Source: Nitrospira sp. (GTDB taxonomy: Bacteria; Nitrospirota; Nitrospiria; Nitrospirales; Nitrospiraceae). From it: DNA of 64,000 bases. Where the stretch lies: assembly GCA_024331095.1 (NCBI GenBank), contig JANDJE010000003.1:35768-99767 (forward strand), in the 5' to 3' direction. Made by a program: the position numbers and the translations under genes. Positions 29,331 to 39,078 of the stretch are shown piece after piece. The notes under the pieces are model-generated. The model saw nothing but the letters and a program-made list of their open reading frames with translations. It searched no databases and was not told where the DNA came from. Each line of letters opens with the position of its first letter. The first letter of the stretch is position 1.

Positions 29331-31205
29331 TCAAACATCATTGTCCAAGTCCAATGGTGTGGTGGAGATCGGCAATCCTTCCAACTGCATGATGCGGAGG
29401 GCGTTGGTGGTGGGGCAAGGACCGGGGCGAAGGTGATAGTCGAACTGTAAGGCGCCGGCCGAAACGGTTTCTTGGAAGTGGAGGTTCGTCACGGAGGGGA
29501 TGCCCTTTTCGAGATCGGTGAGCTCAAGGTCATGGGTACTGACGAGTCCGAACCCATGGCCCTGTGAGAGGGCTTTGATATAGGCACGGCTGCCGATCAA
29601 TCGTTCCCGATTGTTGGTGCCCCGAAAAATCTCGTCGATCAGGAACAGCACCGGCGGCTCGGACCGGATGTGCGTCAAATCCAGAATCGCCTTGAGCCGC
29701 TTCACCTCGGCATAGAAGAACGACAAACCGGCGTCGAGCGAGTCGTCGATCCGAATGCAGCAGGCCACGCGGCTCCATGTCCATTGAAAACGAGAAGCGC
29801 AGACCGGCGCGCCCGCCTGGGCCAGGCATATGTTGATCCCGACGGTTCGCAAAAACGTGCTCTTACCCGACATGTTCGATCCGGTGATCAGATGAATCGA
29901 GCCGAGTCCCTTGAGATGAAAATCGTTTGGGACGCGAGTAGTGCCGGGCAAGAGCGGATGGCCCAGTCGTTCGGCGGTGATTGAGGCGACCGTTGCCTGC
30001 GGGCTTGTTGCCGGAGGAATCAGCATCGGCCAGGTGTAATCAGGATGAAGATAAGAAAAATTCGCAAGGGCGCAGGTCGCCTCGATCTCCGCGAGACGGT
30101 CAAGCCAGACGGGAAGGTGGCTGCGAACGGCCGTTTGAATCAGCGACAGGCGACGGGCGAACCAGAGGTCCCAAGGACAGAGGGCGTTGAGAAACAAATG
30201 GGCCAAGGGATTGGCCTTGACGCTGATGGCATGCAGGGTCCGCGCGACCCGTTTAACGTGCAGAGAAGGGGCCCTGTGGTCGTCGATAAGCGGCGCAATG
30301 GTCTCGGCTAAAGCGGAAGTGCTCGGACGGGCCTGCCGCTCCAAGTAACAGAGGACCGTTCCCAGTCGCTCCATCTCGTGGTGAAGGCCCACCGCATGTT
30401 CCAGCAGTTCCTCCCCTTGATCGGTCAGAAAATAGATCACGACATAGGCGCCGAACGAAAACATCCAATAGCCGGGAATCCAGCCGAACAAGGCGCCGGC
30501 GCCGAGCAGAACGGTGCCGCATGCCAGAGCAGTCTGCACGGCAAGAATCACGTTCAACCGTGGGAAGCCGACAGGATGCAGCAGCGCGGCTTCCAGGCGG
30601 CGGCCGTTGATCTCTTCATCGTCGGTGAGTTGGGCCAAGAGGGTCAGGCGGTCGCGGAAGAGCGGACGGCGTGCCAGTTCTTGAACCAATCGTTGCCGTT
30701 TGGTCCACGTTTCGACATCCGGCGGTTGATCGAGCAGCCAGGAGGTCAGTCGAGTCCGGCCATGGTCCGACACGGTCGTGTCAAGGAGGTGTAAGAGCGA
30801 ATGGGAGGCGGCGAGGTCAAGGTCTTTAGCGTAGAGATGGGCTGCTGACACCTCCCACTGGCGCAGGGGAATGGCGGACCAATCCAGCTTGAGCCTTGCA
30901 AGGTGCGTCGTCTTGATCTGCTTCCATCGCTTGAGTCGCTGAATCGCCCCTTCCAGTTTGTTATGATACGCCGCCACGGCGAGAAAGAGGCTCACAAACC
31001 CTGCCAGCGTGAGGTTCCCTGTGTGGTACAAGCCGGATCGATAGAGGGTAATGATGCAGACCAGACCGGTCACGAAAATCCCAAGGCGCCACGTGGTGAC
31101 CCTGGCACTGGCCGCTGCACCGCGCTTGATCAGCCGATCGATTCGACCAAGAAGACGATCAAGTTGGGCAGCGCGCGAGCGATTGCTTCGTGGATACTGG
31201 TCCAT
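29331..31205 (-). CDS. MutS-related ATPase with TM segments (MutS domain V)
   Basis: ITGSNMSGKSTFLR, SFFYAEVKRL, DEIFRGTN, STHDLEL; no mismatch-binding domain. Confidence 0.9.
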   Translation of the reverse strand: MDQYPRSNRSRAAQLDRLLGRIDRLIKRGAAASARVTTWRLGIFVTGLVCIITLYRSGLYHTGNLTLAGFVSLFLAVAAYHNKLEGAIQRLKRWKQIKTTHLARLKLDWSAIPLRQWEVSAAHLYAKDLDLAASHSLLHLLDTTVSDHGRTRLTSWLLDQPPDVETWTKRQRLVQELARRPLFRDRLTLLAQLTDDEEINGRRLEAALLHPVGFPRLNVILAVQTALACGTVLLGAGALFGWIPGYWMFSFGAYVVIYFLTDQGEELLEHAVGLHHEMERLGTVLCYLERQARPSTSALAETIAPLIDDHRAPSLHVKRVARTLHAISVKANPLAHLFLNALCPWDLWFARRLSLIQTAVRSHLPVWLDRLAEIEATCALANFSYLHPDYTWPMLIPPATSPQATVASITAERLGHPLLPGTTRVPNDFHLKGLGSIHLITGSNMSGKSTFLRTVGINICLAQAGAPVCASRFQWTWSRVACCIRIDDSLDAGLSFFYAEVKRLKAILDLTHIRSEPPVLFLIDEIFRGTNNRERLIGSRAYIKALSQGHGFGLVSTHDLELTDLEKGIPSVTNLHFQETVSAGALQFDYHLRPGPCPTTNALRIMQLEGLPISTTPLDLDNDV

Positions 31206-31243
31206 CAAACCGTGACCATACTGGGAAGGTTGTGACGGCGTCA

Positions 31244-32116
31244 ATGATGTCTGAGCGGACACCCGATTGGATAGAGGTGCAGATTCATTCCTTGCCGGAT
31301 GCGGGCGAGGTGCTCGGGTTATTGGACGATCCTCATGTGCAGGGAGCTTGGCAAGAGGGCGAGACCATTCATCTCTATTGGCCAAGCGATCACTGGTCTC
31401 CCGATCGGCTCGACCGAATCAGGGATCTCTGCCGGCAACTGGTCGGAGGCGGAGAGCCGGTGCTTTCCGTCAACCACCTGGCTCATCAAGATTGGAACCG
31501 TCTCTGGGCCGAATCGGTCGAACCATTGTATGTCGGGCGGCGTCTGGTCATCAGGCCGAGTTGGGAATCGGTCGCCACAGAGCCCGGCCGGATTGAGATT
31601 ATCCTCGATCCCAAGCAGGCCTTCGGCACGGGCCATCACGCGACGACGCGCCTGTTGCTCGAGTGGCTTGAAGACGTCGTGCAAGGCGGGGAGACCCTGC
31701 TGGACGTCGGGACCGGAAGCGGCATCCTGGCGATGGCGGCGCTCCGGCTCGGCGCCGCGCGGGCGGTGGGAATCGATCAAGATCCCGTGGCCATCGACTG
31801 TGCAAGGGAAGCGGCGTGTGCCAACGGGTTCGGATCGGAGTTGGTCCTTCAGTGCGGAGAGATGCGGGATCTTGAACCCTCGCGGTCGTTCCAACTGGTG
31901 GCGGCCAATCTGGATCAACGGACGCTGATCGATCTCGCGGAGGAACTGGCTCGCCGCTCAGCAGACCGACTATTGGTCTCGGGCCTGCTTTCCGATCAGG
32001 GGGCGGAGGTTGCGGATGTGTTCGGGAGGGCAGGGCTCTATCTCGGTGGGAAACGGGAAGCGGACGGGTGGCTGGCCATGGCATTCGTCCGCGTACAGTC
32101 TTGCGAAGGGACATAG
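31244..32116 (+). CDS. prmA: Ribosomal protein L11 methyltransferase-like
   Basis: DW...W, LDPKQAFGTGHHATT, LDVGTGSGILA. Confidence 0.85.
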   Translation: MMSERTPDWIEVQIHSLPDAGEVLGLLDDPHVQGAWQEGETIHLYWPSDHWSPDRLDRIRDLCRQLVGGGEPVLSVNHLAHQDWNRLWAESVEPLYVGRRLVIRPSWESVATEPGRIEIILDPKQAFGTGHHATTRLLLEWLEDVVQGGETLLDVGTGSGILAMAALRLGAARAVGIDQDPVAIDCAREAACANGFGSELVLQCGEMRDLEPSRSFQLVAANLDQRTLIDLAEELARRSADRLLVSGLLSDQGAEVADVFGRAGLYLGGKREADGWLAMAFVRVQSCEGT

Positions 32117-32119
32117 CGG

Positions 32120-32611
32120 ATGAGAGGGCATCGTCCCGACTATCCACACGTGCATCAGATCAACGTTTCGGACGGAGGGGTTCCCAAACGGCCGGTGTTC
32201 GAGGCGAGGGTCGTTATCTCCGGCGTGGAAGGGGACCGGCAAGAGAATCTCAAGTTCCACGGCGGGCCGGATCGCGCGCTGTGTCTCTATTCGCTTGAAT
32301 TGATCGAACGGCTTCAGGACGAAGGCCATCCGATCGACGCTGGCTCCTCCGGAGAAAATTTGACGTTGGCCGGATTGGACTGGCATCTCATCCGACCGAG
32401 TCTTCGCCTGTCGGTCGGGCCGGATCTGCTGATAGAGGTGACGTCTTACGCCGGTCCTTGTCGCAAAAATAGACGCTGGTTCCGAGACGGAGATTGGTCG
32501 CGCATGTCGCAAAAGAGCAATCCCGGCTGGAGTCGAGTCTATGCGAGAGTCTTGCGGGAAGGGATCGTTCGGCCCGGGGACCTCGTTGCCATTGATCGGG
32601 AAGGGGGATGA
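32120..32611 (+). CDS. MOSC domain protein (short form)
   Basis: GGVPK, HGGPDRALCLYS, GENLT, PC, RVYARVLREG. Confidence 0.88.
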   Translation: MRGHRPDYPHVHQINVSDGGVPKRPVFEARVVISGVEGDRQENLKFHGGPDRALCLYSLELIERLQDEGHPIDAGSSGENLTLAGLDWHLIRPSLRLSVGPDLLIEVTSYAGPCRKNRRWFRDGDWSRMSQKSNPGWSRVYARVLREGIVRPGDLVAIDREGG

Positions 32612-32615
32612 CATA

Positions 32616-32633
32616 GGGCCTCGCACGAGGCCC
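32616..32633. terminator. Hairpin between convergent MOSC and HU genes
   Basis: gggcctcg-ca-cgaggccc. Confidence 0.5.
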
Positions 32634-32646
32634 CTCGGTCGCTCTG

Positions 32647-32919
32647 TTACCTGACTGCGTCTTTCAAGGCTTTGCCCGGTTTGAATCGGGGAACCTTGGC
32701 GGCTTTGATCTTGATCGTTTTGCCGGTTTGCGGGTTGCGTCCGGTGCGGGCGGCACGGTTGGTGATTTTGAACGTGCCGAATCCGATCAGAGACACCGGT
32801 TGCTTCTTTTTGAGGCTGGCGGTGATGGCTTGCAGCGCCCCATTGACCGCGCGGGTCGCGGCGGTTTTGGAAAGGTCGGCGGATTTGGCCACGGCGTCGA
32901 TGAGATCCTGTTTGTTCAC
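32647..32919 (-). CDS. hup: DNA-binding protein HU
   Basis: [34 protein letters not shown]. Confidence 0.96.
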   Translation of the reverse strand: MNKQDLIDAVAKSADLSKTAATRAVNGALQAITASLKKKQPVSLIGFGTFKITNRAARTGRNPQTGKTIKIKAAKVPRFKPGKALKDAVR

Positions 32920-33106
32920 GGTCGTCTTCCTTTCGTTTGGGTGAGGATCGCAAAGGAACGGTTGCCGGCGCTTCTATAGCAAGACCGGTGAACGTGGTCA
33001 AGCGCATGGTCGACGGCCGAACCGGGCCACGCCGGGCAAGTCGGTGCTGGCCACAGTCGCACCGTCGTGTCGGCGCTTGACGAGAAATGATGGGAGGAGA
33101 GAAACG

Positions 33107-33769
33107 ATGATGGCCCGTCAACTGGAACCGGAGGTGATGGACGACCCCGCGCAAGCGGAGGCTTATGCGGCGGCCGATTTTTCTGCCGAGAATCAAGGGT
33201 TCGTCGATCGCTTTCGGGACTATTTTCCGGACTTTTCGCAAGGACAGGTCTTTGATCTGGGGTGCGGGCCCGGTGACGTTCCGATCCGGTTTGCACGGGC
33301 GTTTCCGGCATGTTGCATAGTCGGCATCGATGCGTCGCGTCCGATGGTCGAATTGGCCGAGCGCGCCGTCAGCGCCGCCGCATTGTCGGACCGTATCATC
33401 GTTCGATGCCAACGATTTCAGGATTTGCCGGGGGATCGCCAAGCCGACGCGGTCATCTCCAACAGCTTGTTGCATCATCTGCCCAATCCTCTTCAATTTT
33501 GGCAGAAGCTCCGCTTCCTTGTGAAGCCCGGCGCGCCGGTGCTCGTGATGGATCTCCTGCGGCCGGAATCTCCGGAGGCCGCCCTGGCCATCGTCGATCG
33601 CTACGCGCCTGGCGCGCCGGAGATCCTGCGGCGCGATTTTTACAATTCGCTCTTGGCTTCTTTCACCGAGGACGAAGTCGCCTCGCAGCTTGCCCGTATG
33701 AATCTCACGAGGCTGTTGCTCGATGTGCCCGACGACCGCCATTGGGTGGTGGGTGGCGTCGTCCTATAA
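33107..33769 (+). CDS. Class I SAM-dependent methyltransferase
   Basis: EPEVMDD, DLGCGPGD, SNSLLHH. Confidence 0.9.
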   Translation: MMARQLEPEVMDDPAQAEAYAAADFSAENQGFVDRFRDYFPDFSQGQVFDLGCGPGDVPIRFARAFPACCIVGIDASRPMVELAERAVSAAALSDRIIVRCQRFQDLPGDRQADAVISNSLLHHLPNPLQFWQKLRFLVKPGAPVLVMDLLRPESPEAALAIVDRYAPGAPEILRRDFYNSLLASFTEDEVASQLARMNLTRLLLDVPDDRHWVVGGVVL

Positions 33770-33790
33770 GCGGCACGAAGCGCCGGCCGG

Positions 33791-34561
33791 TCAGTCAGTG
33801 CCGAGGTGCTCCGTGAACCAATCGGCGATTAGGCTGGTCATCCGTGTGAAGTCCTCGCCTTTTGTGAACTGATGATCCGCGCCCGGAATCATTTCCAGGC
33901 GCTTCTTCACGTGGAGTCGCTCGTACAGCCTCCGGCTTTGATGAAGGGGAACATGCTCGTCCCGATCGCCTTGCACGATGAGGGTGGGTGCTGTAATGGC
34001 CGATGCCGGCTCATACGCAATGGAGCGGAGGCAGTCTTCATAGAAGGCATAGCGCAAAGGAACACGGTCCGGGCCTCCGAGAATATCGGGCACCGTGTCG
34101 GTGGCTTTCCAGCGGGCCATTTCCTCGTCGCCGAACTCCAACCGTAGTTCTTCCGCGAAATCGACGACGGGACATTTCAATGCGAGACAAGCCAGGTCGG
34201 TTCGTTGCGCGGCGGTCAAAATCGCGACCAGTCCTCCGAAGCTGGACCCCATCAGGCCGACCTTTTTGTAACCGTTCAGACGGACAAGATCCAACGCGGC
34301 CAACGTTTGATCCACCGCCACGGTATTCGTGATCGACTCAAAGGGACCATCACTTTCGCCGTGTCCGAAGAAGTCAAAGCAAAACGTCGCGATTCCCCGT
34401 TCGTTCAGGATGCGGGTGAGCGTTTTGTTGGTCGTGCTGGTTTTGGAAGAGAGAAATCCATGGCATAACACCGCGATACGGTCCGATCCCCCATCCGGTG
34501 CGGACAAGAGCGAGGCGACGGCATGGCCGTGCCGGTCGTGGAACGAACATCGTTCTTCCAT
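33791..34561 (-). CDS. Alpha/beta hydrolase
   Basis: CHGF, GHGESDG, GSSFGG, GDRDEHVP, GADHQF. Confidence 0.9.
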   Translation of the reverse strand: MEERCSFHDRHGHAVASLLSAPDGGSDRIAVLCHGFLSSKTSTTNKTLTRILNERGIATFCFDFFGHGESDGPFESITNTVAVDQTLAALDLVRLNGYKKVGLMGSSFGGLVAILTAAQRTDLACLALKCPVVDFAEELRLEFGDEEMARWKATDTVPDILGGPDRVPLRYAFYEDCLRSIAYEPASAITAPTLIVQGDRDEHVPLHQSRRLYERLHVKKRLEMIPGADHQFTKGEDFTRMTSLIADWFTEHLGTD

Positions 34562-34592
34562 GCGGTGATTGTAGCAGAGTTTCGCGTGGCGA

Positions 34593-35888
34593 TCAGGAAG
34601 AAACGTCGGCCGGCTCGTCGGGATGTGCTCCCCAAGCCATGGCCAGTTTGACCAGAAAGAGGACAACGCTCACGAGGAGCAGCCCGGCGGACATCCACAG
34701 GGCCAGGCGGACGGATGTCGAGCTGAGCGGGACATTCCACGTGAGGGCGGCAACGACGGCCAGCCCCATGGTTCCCAGATTGAGCGAGCCGATTTGGGCG
34801 GCACGCCAGCGGTCCATGATCACGGTCAACCGTTGCTGATAGGGAGCGCGTTTTTTGTTGCTCGATACGCGGCTTGCGGCCAGAAGGAACGGAATCTGAT
34901 GGCACAAGAACCCCATGGCCGTATTCATGATCAATCCGATGAACGTCATGTGGGTGTAGGCCACGACGTGCAAGGTGCCAATGGGCATCACCGGCGGGGT
35001 GGACAGGCTGTTGATCCCCACGAAGAGCCCCAAGATTACCGTAAGGATGAGAAAGAAAGTTCCGATCAGCACATGATCCGACGTCGCGTGGTTGCGATGG
35101 GGCGAGGCCAGCCATGTCCTGATTTGATTCAACGCGTAGAGTCCGCCGGTGACGAGCAACAGCCCGCCGGCTGCCAGCTCGATCGGCACGGAGCCGCTCA
35201 GGAAACCGCCGATCAGGCCGGCCACGCCCAACGGCATGCCAACCAACACGACACGGGAGAGGCCGGGGCCGGCAAGGGGAACGTGCAGGATCCGAGGCAA
35301 GAGGTCGTGCATCGCGCCGACGATGATCAGGACGACAAAACCGAGCACCCCGAGATGAATGTGGGCAAGCCTTGCGTAGCCGTGGAACCGGTCGAAGCCG
35401 GAGAGGGATAACGCTCCGGCACAAACGAGACTGCCCAGGAGGGCAAGGAAGGAAACGGTGTAATAGGGCCGACCCGGGTTCGAAGAAGGGGCGTGTTTGG
35501 ATCGAGTCCAGAGAATTTGAATGATCCGCAGCGACGCGCCGGCCACGAGGAGCCCGGCTGCGCCGACGACCAGGGAGTGGCGCAGCCAGAATCCGATCAG
35601 CATCGCGGCCGTGCCTCCGTTCATTGCCAGCAGCGTCAAGGGGTGGGTTTGATGCGAAGAGAGGCGACCTGCGGTCGGCGATGAGACTATGCCGAGAAAG
35701 CCGCCGAGTACCATCTGCAAGACGCCGCCGACCAACGAAGCGTGGGCGTGGGCCGGTCGAACCCATGGCGGCATGGGAGCGCCGAGGATTAAGCCGATCA
35801 ACGTTCCCAGTCCGATGAACGAAGCCAGCGTGAGCCACCCGAATCCGACGAGGAGCAATACGATTGAAGAATCGTAGCGGCGAGCCAT
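34593..35888 (-). CDS. Polytopic membrane protein with repeated His motifs (heme-copper oxidase subunit I-like fold?)
   Basis: About 12 hydrophobic helices; AHAHASLVG, AHIHLGVLG, AYTHMTFIG. Confidence 0.65.
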   Translation of the reverse strand: MARRYDSSIVLLLVGFGWLTLASFIGLGTLIGLILGAPMPPWVRPAHAHASLVGGVLQMVLGGFLGIVSSPTAGRLSSHQTHPLTLLAMNGGTAAMLIGFWLRHSLVVGAAGLLVAGASLRIIQILWTRSKHAPSSNPGRPYYTVSFLALLGSLVCAGALSLSGFDRFHGYARLAHIHLGVLGFVVLIIVGAMHDLLPRILHVPLAGPGLSRVVLVGMPLGVAGLIGGFLSGSVPIELAAGGLLLVTGGLYALNQIRTWLASPHRNHATSDHVLIGTFFLILTVILGLFVGINSLSTPPVMPIGTLHVVAYTHMTFIGLIMNTAMGFLCHQIPFLLAASRVSSNKKRAPYQQRLTVIMDRWRAAQIGSLNLGTMGLAVVAALTWNVPLSSTSVRLALWMSAGLLLVSVVLFLVKLAMAWGAHPDEPADVSS

Positions 35889-35907
35889 GGGGCGTCTCTT
35901 CAATCGG

Positions 35908-36705
35908 TCAGTCGAGGAAATAAAAATGATCGGTCGGGCCGTGTCCGTGGCCGATGGCGAGACCGTGGCGGATGGCTTCCGTCACGTAGGCCTTGGCGGC
36001 GTGAACGGCATCGACGATCGGCTTGCCGAGCGCCAGGTGGGCGGCAATGGCCGACGCAAACGTGCAGCCGGTGCCGTGGGTGTGCGGAGTGTCGATCGCC
36101 TCTCCTTTGAAGACGTTGAAGAACCGCCCGTCGTACAGCACGTCCGTGGCTCGGTCGGCCTGCAGGTGCCCGCCTTTGATCAAGACGTAGCGGCATCCAA
36201 AACCCGCGATGATCTTTGCCGCCCGCCTCGCGTCCGCCAACGATGTGATCTCGACCCCGGAAAGTTGCTGCGCCTCCTGCACGTTGGGTGTCACCACCAG
36301 GGCCAGGGGGAACAGATGTGTCCGCAGCGCATCAATGGCCTCCGACTTGAGGAGGGCATGGCCGCTCTTTGAGACCATCACGGGATCGACCACGAGGTTG
36401 GCGACGTTTTGCGGCTTCAACATCGAGGCGATCACCTCGACGGTCGCCGCCGAGCCGATCATGCCCGTTTTGACGGCGGCGACGTCGAAATCGTCGAAGA
36501 CCGCGTCGATCTGGGCGGCGACGACCGCGGGCGGCAGCTCGAAGACGTCCGTGACCTCTTCGGTGTTTTGGGCCGTCACGGCCGTAATCACCGACATTGC
36601 AAAGACGCCGTTGGCGGACATGGCCTTGATGTCGGCTTGAATCCCGGCTCCTCCGCCCGAGTCCGATCCCGCGATCGTCAGCACTTGTTTGCGCGTGCGC
36701 GACAT
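35908..36705 (-). CDS. thiD: Hydroxymethylpyrimidine/phosphomethylpyrimidine kinase
   Basis: LTIAGSDSGGGAGIQAD, VVDPVM, KGGH, HGTGCTFASAIAA. Confidence 0.96.
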   Translation of the reverse strand: MSRTRKQVLTIAGSDSGGGAGIQADIKAMSANGVFAMSVITAVTAQNTEEVTDVFELPPAVVAAQIDAVFDDFDVAAVKTGMIGSAATVEVIASMLKPQNVANLVVDPVMVSKSGHALLKSEAIDALRTHLFPLALVVTPNVQEAQQLSGVEITSLADARRAAKIIAGFGCRYVLIKGGHLQADRATDVLYDGRFFNVFKGEAIDTPHTHGTGCTFASAIAAHLALGKPIVDAVHAAKAYVTEAIRHGLAIGHGHGPTDHFYFLD

Positions 36706-36980
36706 GGCCGTGTCAGTTAGAGTTGCGTGATCGTGTCTTGCGATCCATGATACCGAATCGCCATTATACTCACGTCGGCGAAGGAGTCCAATTCCGTCGC
36801 CGCGCATTAAAGATGAGCGCAGGGGGTATGTCTCTTCATCTATGGCCTATGGCCACGCCCATGGCTCATGGCCCGTTGACAAGGCAACGACGAAGTGTTA
36901 AGAACCTCGTCGGTGCCGGATGTCGGTGGCGACGTTCACTCAATAAATCAACAAATTTTTTGTGATGTACAGGAGTTTCC

Positions 36981-37702
36981 ATGGCTAATCAAGATGTTCC
37001 CCAATCAACACACCGCAGCGGCGGCAGTATGTGAATTTTGCGTTTTACAAGGTGGATCCGGCGTGGCGGCGGTTGCCGGAGGAGGAGCGGGCGCGGGGCA
37101 AGCAGGAGTTTATTCGGGCGGTGGAGGAGTACACGGGGCAGGTGCTGGTGGTGCCGTATTCGGCGGTGGGGATTCGGGGGGACTGCGACTTCATGTTGTG
37201 GCGGATCAGTTATCAATTGGATCTGTTTCAAGACATGAGCGCCAAGTTATTGGCTTCGGGCCTGGGGAAGTACCTGACGACGCCGTATTCGTATTTGGCG
37301 ATGACGAAGCGGTCGATGTACATTGATCATCACAGTCATGAGGGGCAGGAGGGGAAGCGGTTGACGGTGGTGCCGGGCAAGAGCCGGTATATTTTTGTGT
37401 ATCCGTTCGTGAAGACGCGGGAGTGGTTTTTGCTCACGAAGGCGGCGCGGCAGGGGATGATGGACGAGCACATTGAGGTGGGGCATCGGTATCCGTCGGT
37501 GAAGTTGAACACGACGTATTCGTTTGGGTTGGATGATCAGGAGTGGGTGGTGGCGTTTGAGAGCGACAAGCCGGAGGATTTTGTGGATTTGGTGATGGCG
37601 TTGCGGGAGACGGAGGGGTCGCGCTATACGTTGCGGGACACGCCGATTTTCACCTGTATTCGCAAGAGCCTCAAGGAAACCCTCGACACCCTGGGCGGCT
37701 GA
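36981..37702 (+). CDS. Chlorite dismutase/coproheme decarboxylase (ChdC/HemQ-like) family protein, with apparent frameshift near 37010
   Basis: YPFVKTREW, MMDEHIEVG, YSFGLDDQEWVVAFE; AGGAG+ATG at 36981 is out of frame with the body. Confidence 0.82.
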
Positions 37703-37732
37703 CGGTATCAGCGACTAGTCTGATCGCAGATG

Positions 37733-37770
37733 ACGGCCTTCGGTCCTGTGGACCGAAGGCCGTTTGTTTG
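37733..37770 (+). terminator. Rho-independent terminator (possibly bidirectional)
   Basis: acggccttcggtcc-tgt-ggaccgaaggccgt followed by ttgtttg. Confidence 0.75.
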
Positions 37771-37800
37771 TGATCCCCGTTTTCTCGGCGGAGTCGATAT

Positions 37801-38280
37801 TCAGTCGACAGAGACTACGATCGTGCGAGCGCGATCCCTGGCTTCCGGCGCCCAGGGGATGCGAACGGTCAACACGCCGTGCTTGCACGCAGCCTCCGCT
37901 TTCGAGGCATCCAGTCCGTCGGGCAATCCGACGGTTCGGTGAAACGCCGCATAGCGACGGCCGAAGCCTGTTCCGTTTTTCTCACGCCATTCTCGTTCAT
38001 CCTCGTAGGCCACGTGAAGCGAGCCGTTTCTGATCTTGACGTCCAGGTGTTTCGGATCCAGTCCTGGGACGTCGACGCGAAGGATCACCTCTTCATCGGT
38101 TTCCTCCATTTCAATTTCGGAGCCGCCGCCTGCGAGGCGGGGCCAGCTTTCGTCGAACGGCGAGGTCAAAAAACGATCGAACAGCCGATTGATGTCGTCG
38201 CGCAGCGAAATGACCTCGTGCGTCTCGACCGGTTTGCGTTTCCAAGGGATCAGTTCTTTTAGTTTCGTCATCAGTGCCAT
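37801..38280 (-). CDS. Small heat shock protein Hsp20
   Basis: DINRLFDRF, DVPGL, FHRTVGLP, KHGVLTVRIP; AAGGAGG RBS. Confidence 0.92.
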   Translation of the reverse strand: MALMTKLKELIPWKRKPVETHEVISLRDDINRLFDRFLTSPFDESWPRLAGGGSEIEMEETDEEVILRVDVPGLDPKHLDVKIRNGSLHVAYEDEREWREKNGTGFGRRYAAFHRTVGLPDGLDASKAEAACKHGVLTVRIPWAPEARDRARTIVVSVD

Positions 38281-38806
38281 CGTCGTCCTCCTTTCTTCAA
38301 GCCAGCTCTTTCAATACGGGAGAATCGTATCGTTTTTGTTGATCGTGGCGGCGCCAACTCGTTATCGCGCGCGTCCCTCTCGCCGCACGGTCCCTGCCGA
38401 CCTCGTCGATTGCTACCGACAAAAGCCGATGCCGCTCCCGATGTCCGTTGCCCGGCTTTCCAGTTTATGTTCTTCGCACCCACGTGGGCGGATTGCTTTG
38501 TGTGAGCCGACCGGATTACACAAACGGCCGACCGACCTGGATTGCGGTGACACAGATAATTTCGGTCTCGGGGAGATCAAGGCTTCCTTGACGCTCGTTC
38601 CGTTCCCCCTTGATTCCGACAATCTCGGTGTTATCAATTATCCCGATTGACGGGCTGGAGGATGGATCTGGTGAAAGGCCCACTGTCGGCCGGCCGTCGT
38701 CTATCGCGGTTTTCGTTTCCGCTCGTCGCACGGTCTTCCCGCCTCCGCCGCAACGAACTTCTTATCGGTTTATGATCGATCCCATGGAAGAAGGAGGTGA
38801 GCGGTA

Positions 38807-38899
38807 ATGGACAGAATTGCCGATACCACGAGCGTGATTCTTCTTGGATCGTTTTTGGTCGGCGTGCTTCTGTTCGGAGTGCTGACCGCCGGTTTCTGA
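38807..38899 (+). CDS. 30-aa single-TM micro-protein MDRIADTTSVILLGSFLVGVLLFGVLTAGF
   Basis: Perfect AAGGAGGTGA SD 6 nt before ATG; one hydrophobic helix; below ORF-track cutoff. Confidence 0.7.
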   Translation: MDRIADTTSVILLGSFLVGVLLFGVLTAGF

Positions 38900-38943
38900 G
38901 ACAATCGAAACAGTGACGGCGAGTGACATGAAAAGGTGGTTGA

Positions 38944-38971
38944 GCCGGAGCTGCCACGCCTCAGCTCCGGC
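38944..38971. terminator. Hairpin between convergent micro-protein genes
   Basis: gccggagctg-ccacgcct-cagctccggc perfect 10-bp stem. Confidence 0.65.
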
Positions 38972-38982
38972 GGTCAGCCGCC

Positions 38983-39078
38983 TTAATCTCGGTAAAGCAG
39001 GATGAGGAAATACCCAATTCCAATCGCCACGGCGACGACATAGCCGGCCACCGCCAACGTTGCAATGACTTCTCCCAT
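38983..39078 (-). CDS. 31-aa single-TM micro-protein MGEVIATLAVAGYVVAVAIGIGYFLILLYRD
   Basis: GGGAGAAAGG upstream of ATG; one hydrophobic helix; below ORF-track cutoff. Confidence 0.6.
   Translation of the reverse strand: MGEVIATLAVAGYVVAVAIGIGYFLILLYRD

Noticed and set aside
36720-36900. TPP riboswitch upstream of thiD
   Set aside because: No CTGAGA / ACCTGA core recognisable on the minus strand.
38516-38731. 71-aa minus-strand ORF upstream of hsp20
   Set aside because: No RBS or motif; cannot be supported, though the C-terminal half could be a gene remnant.
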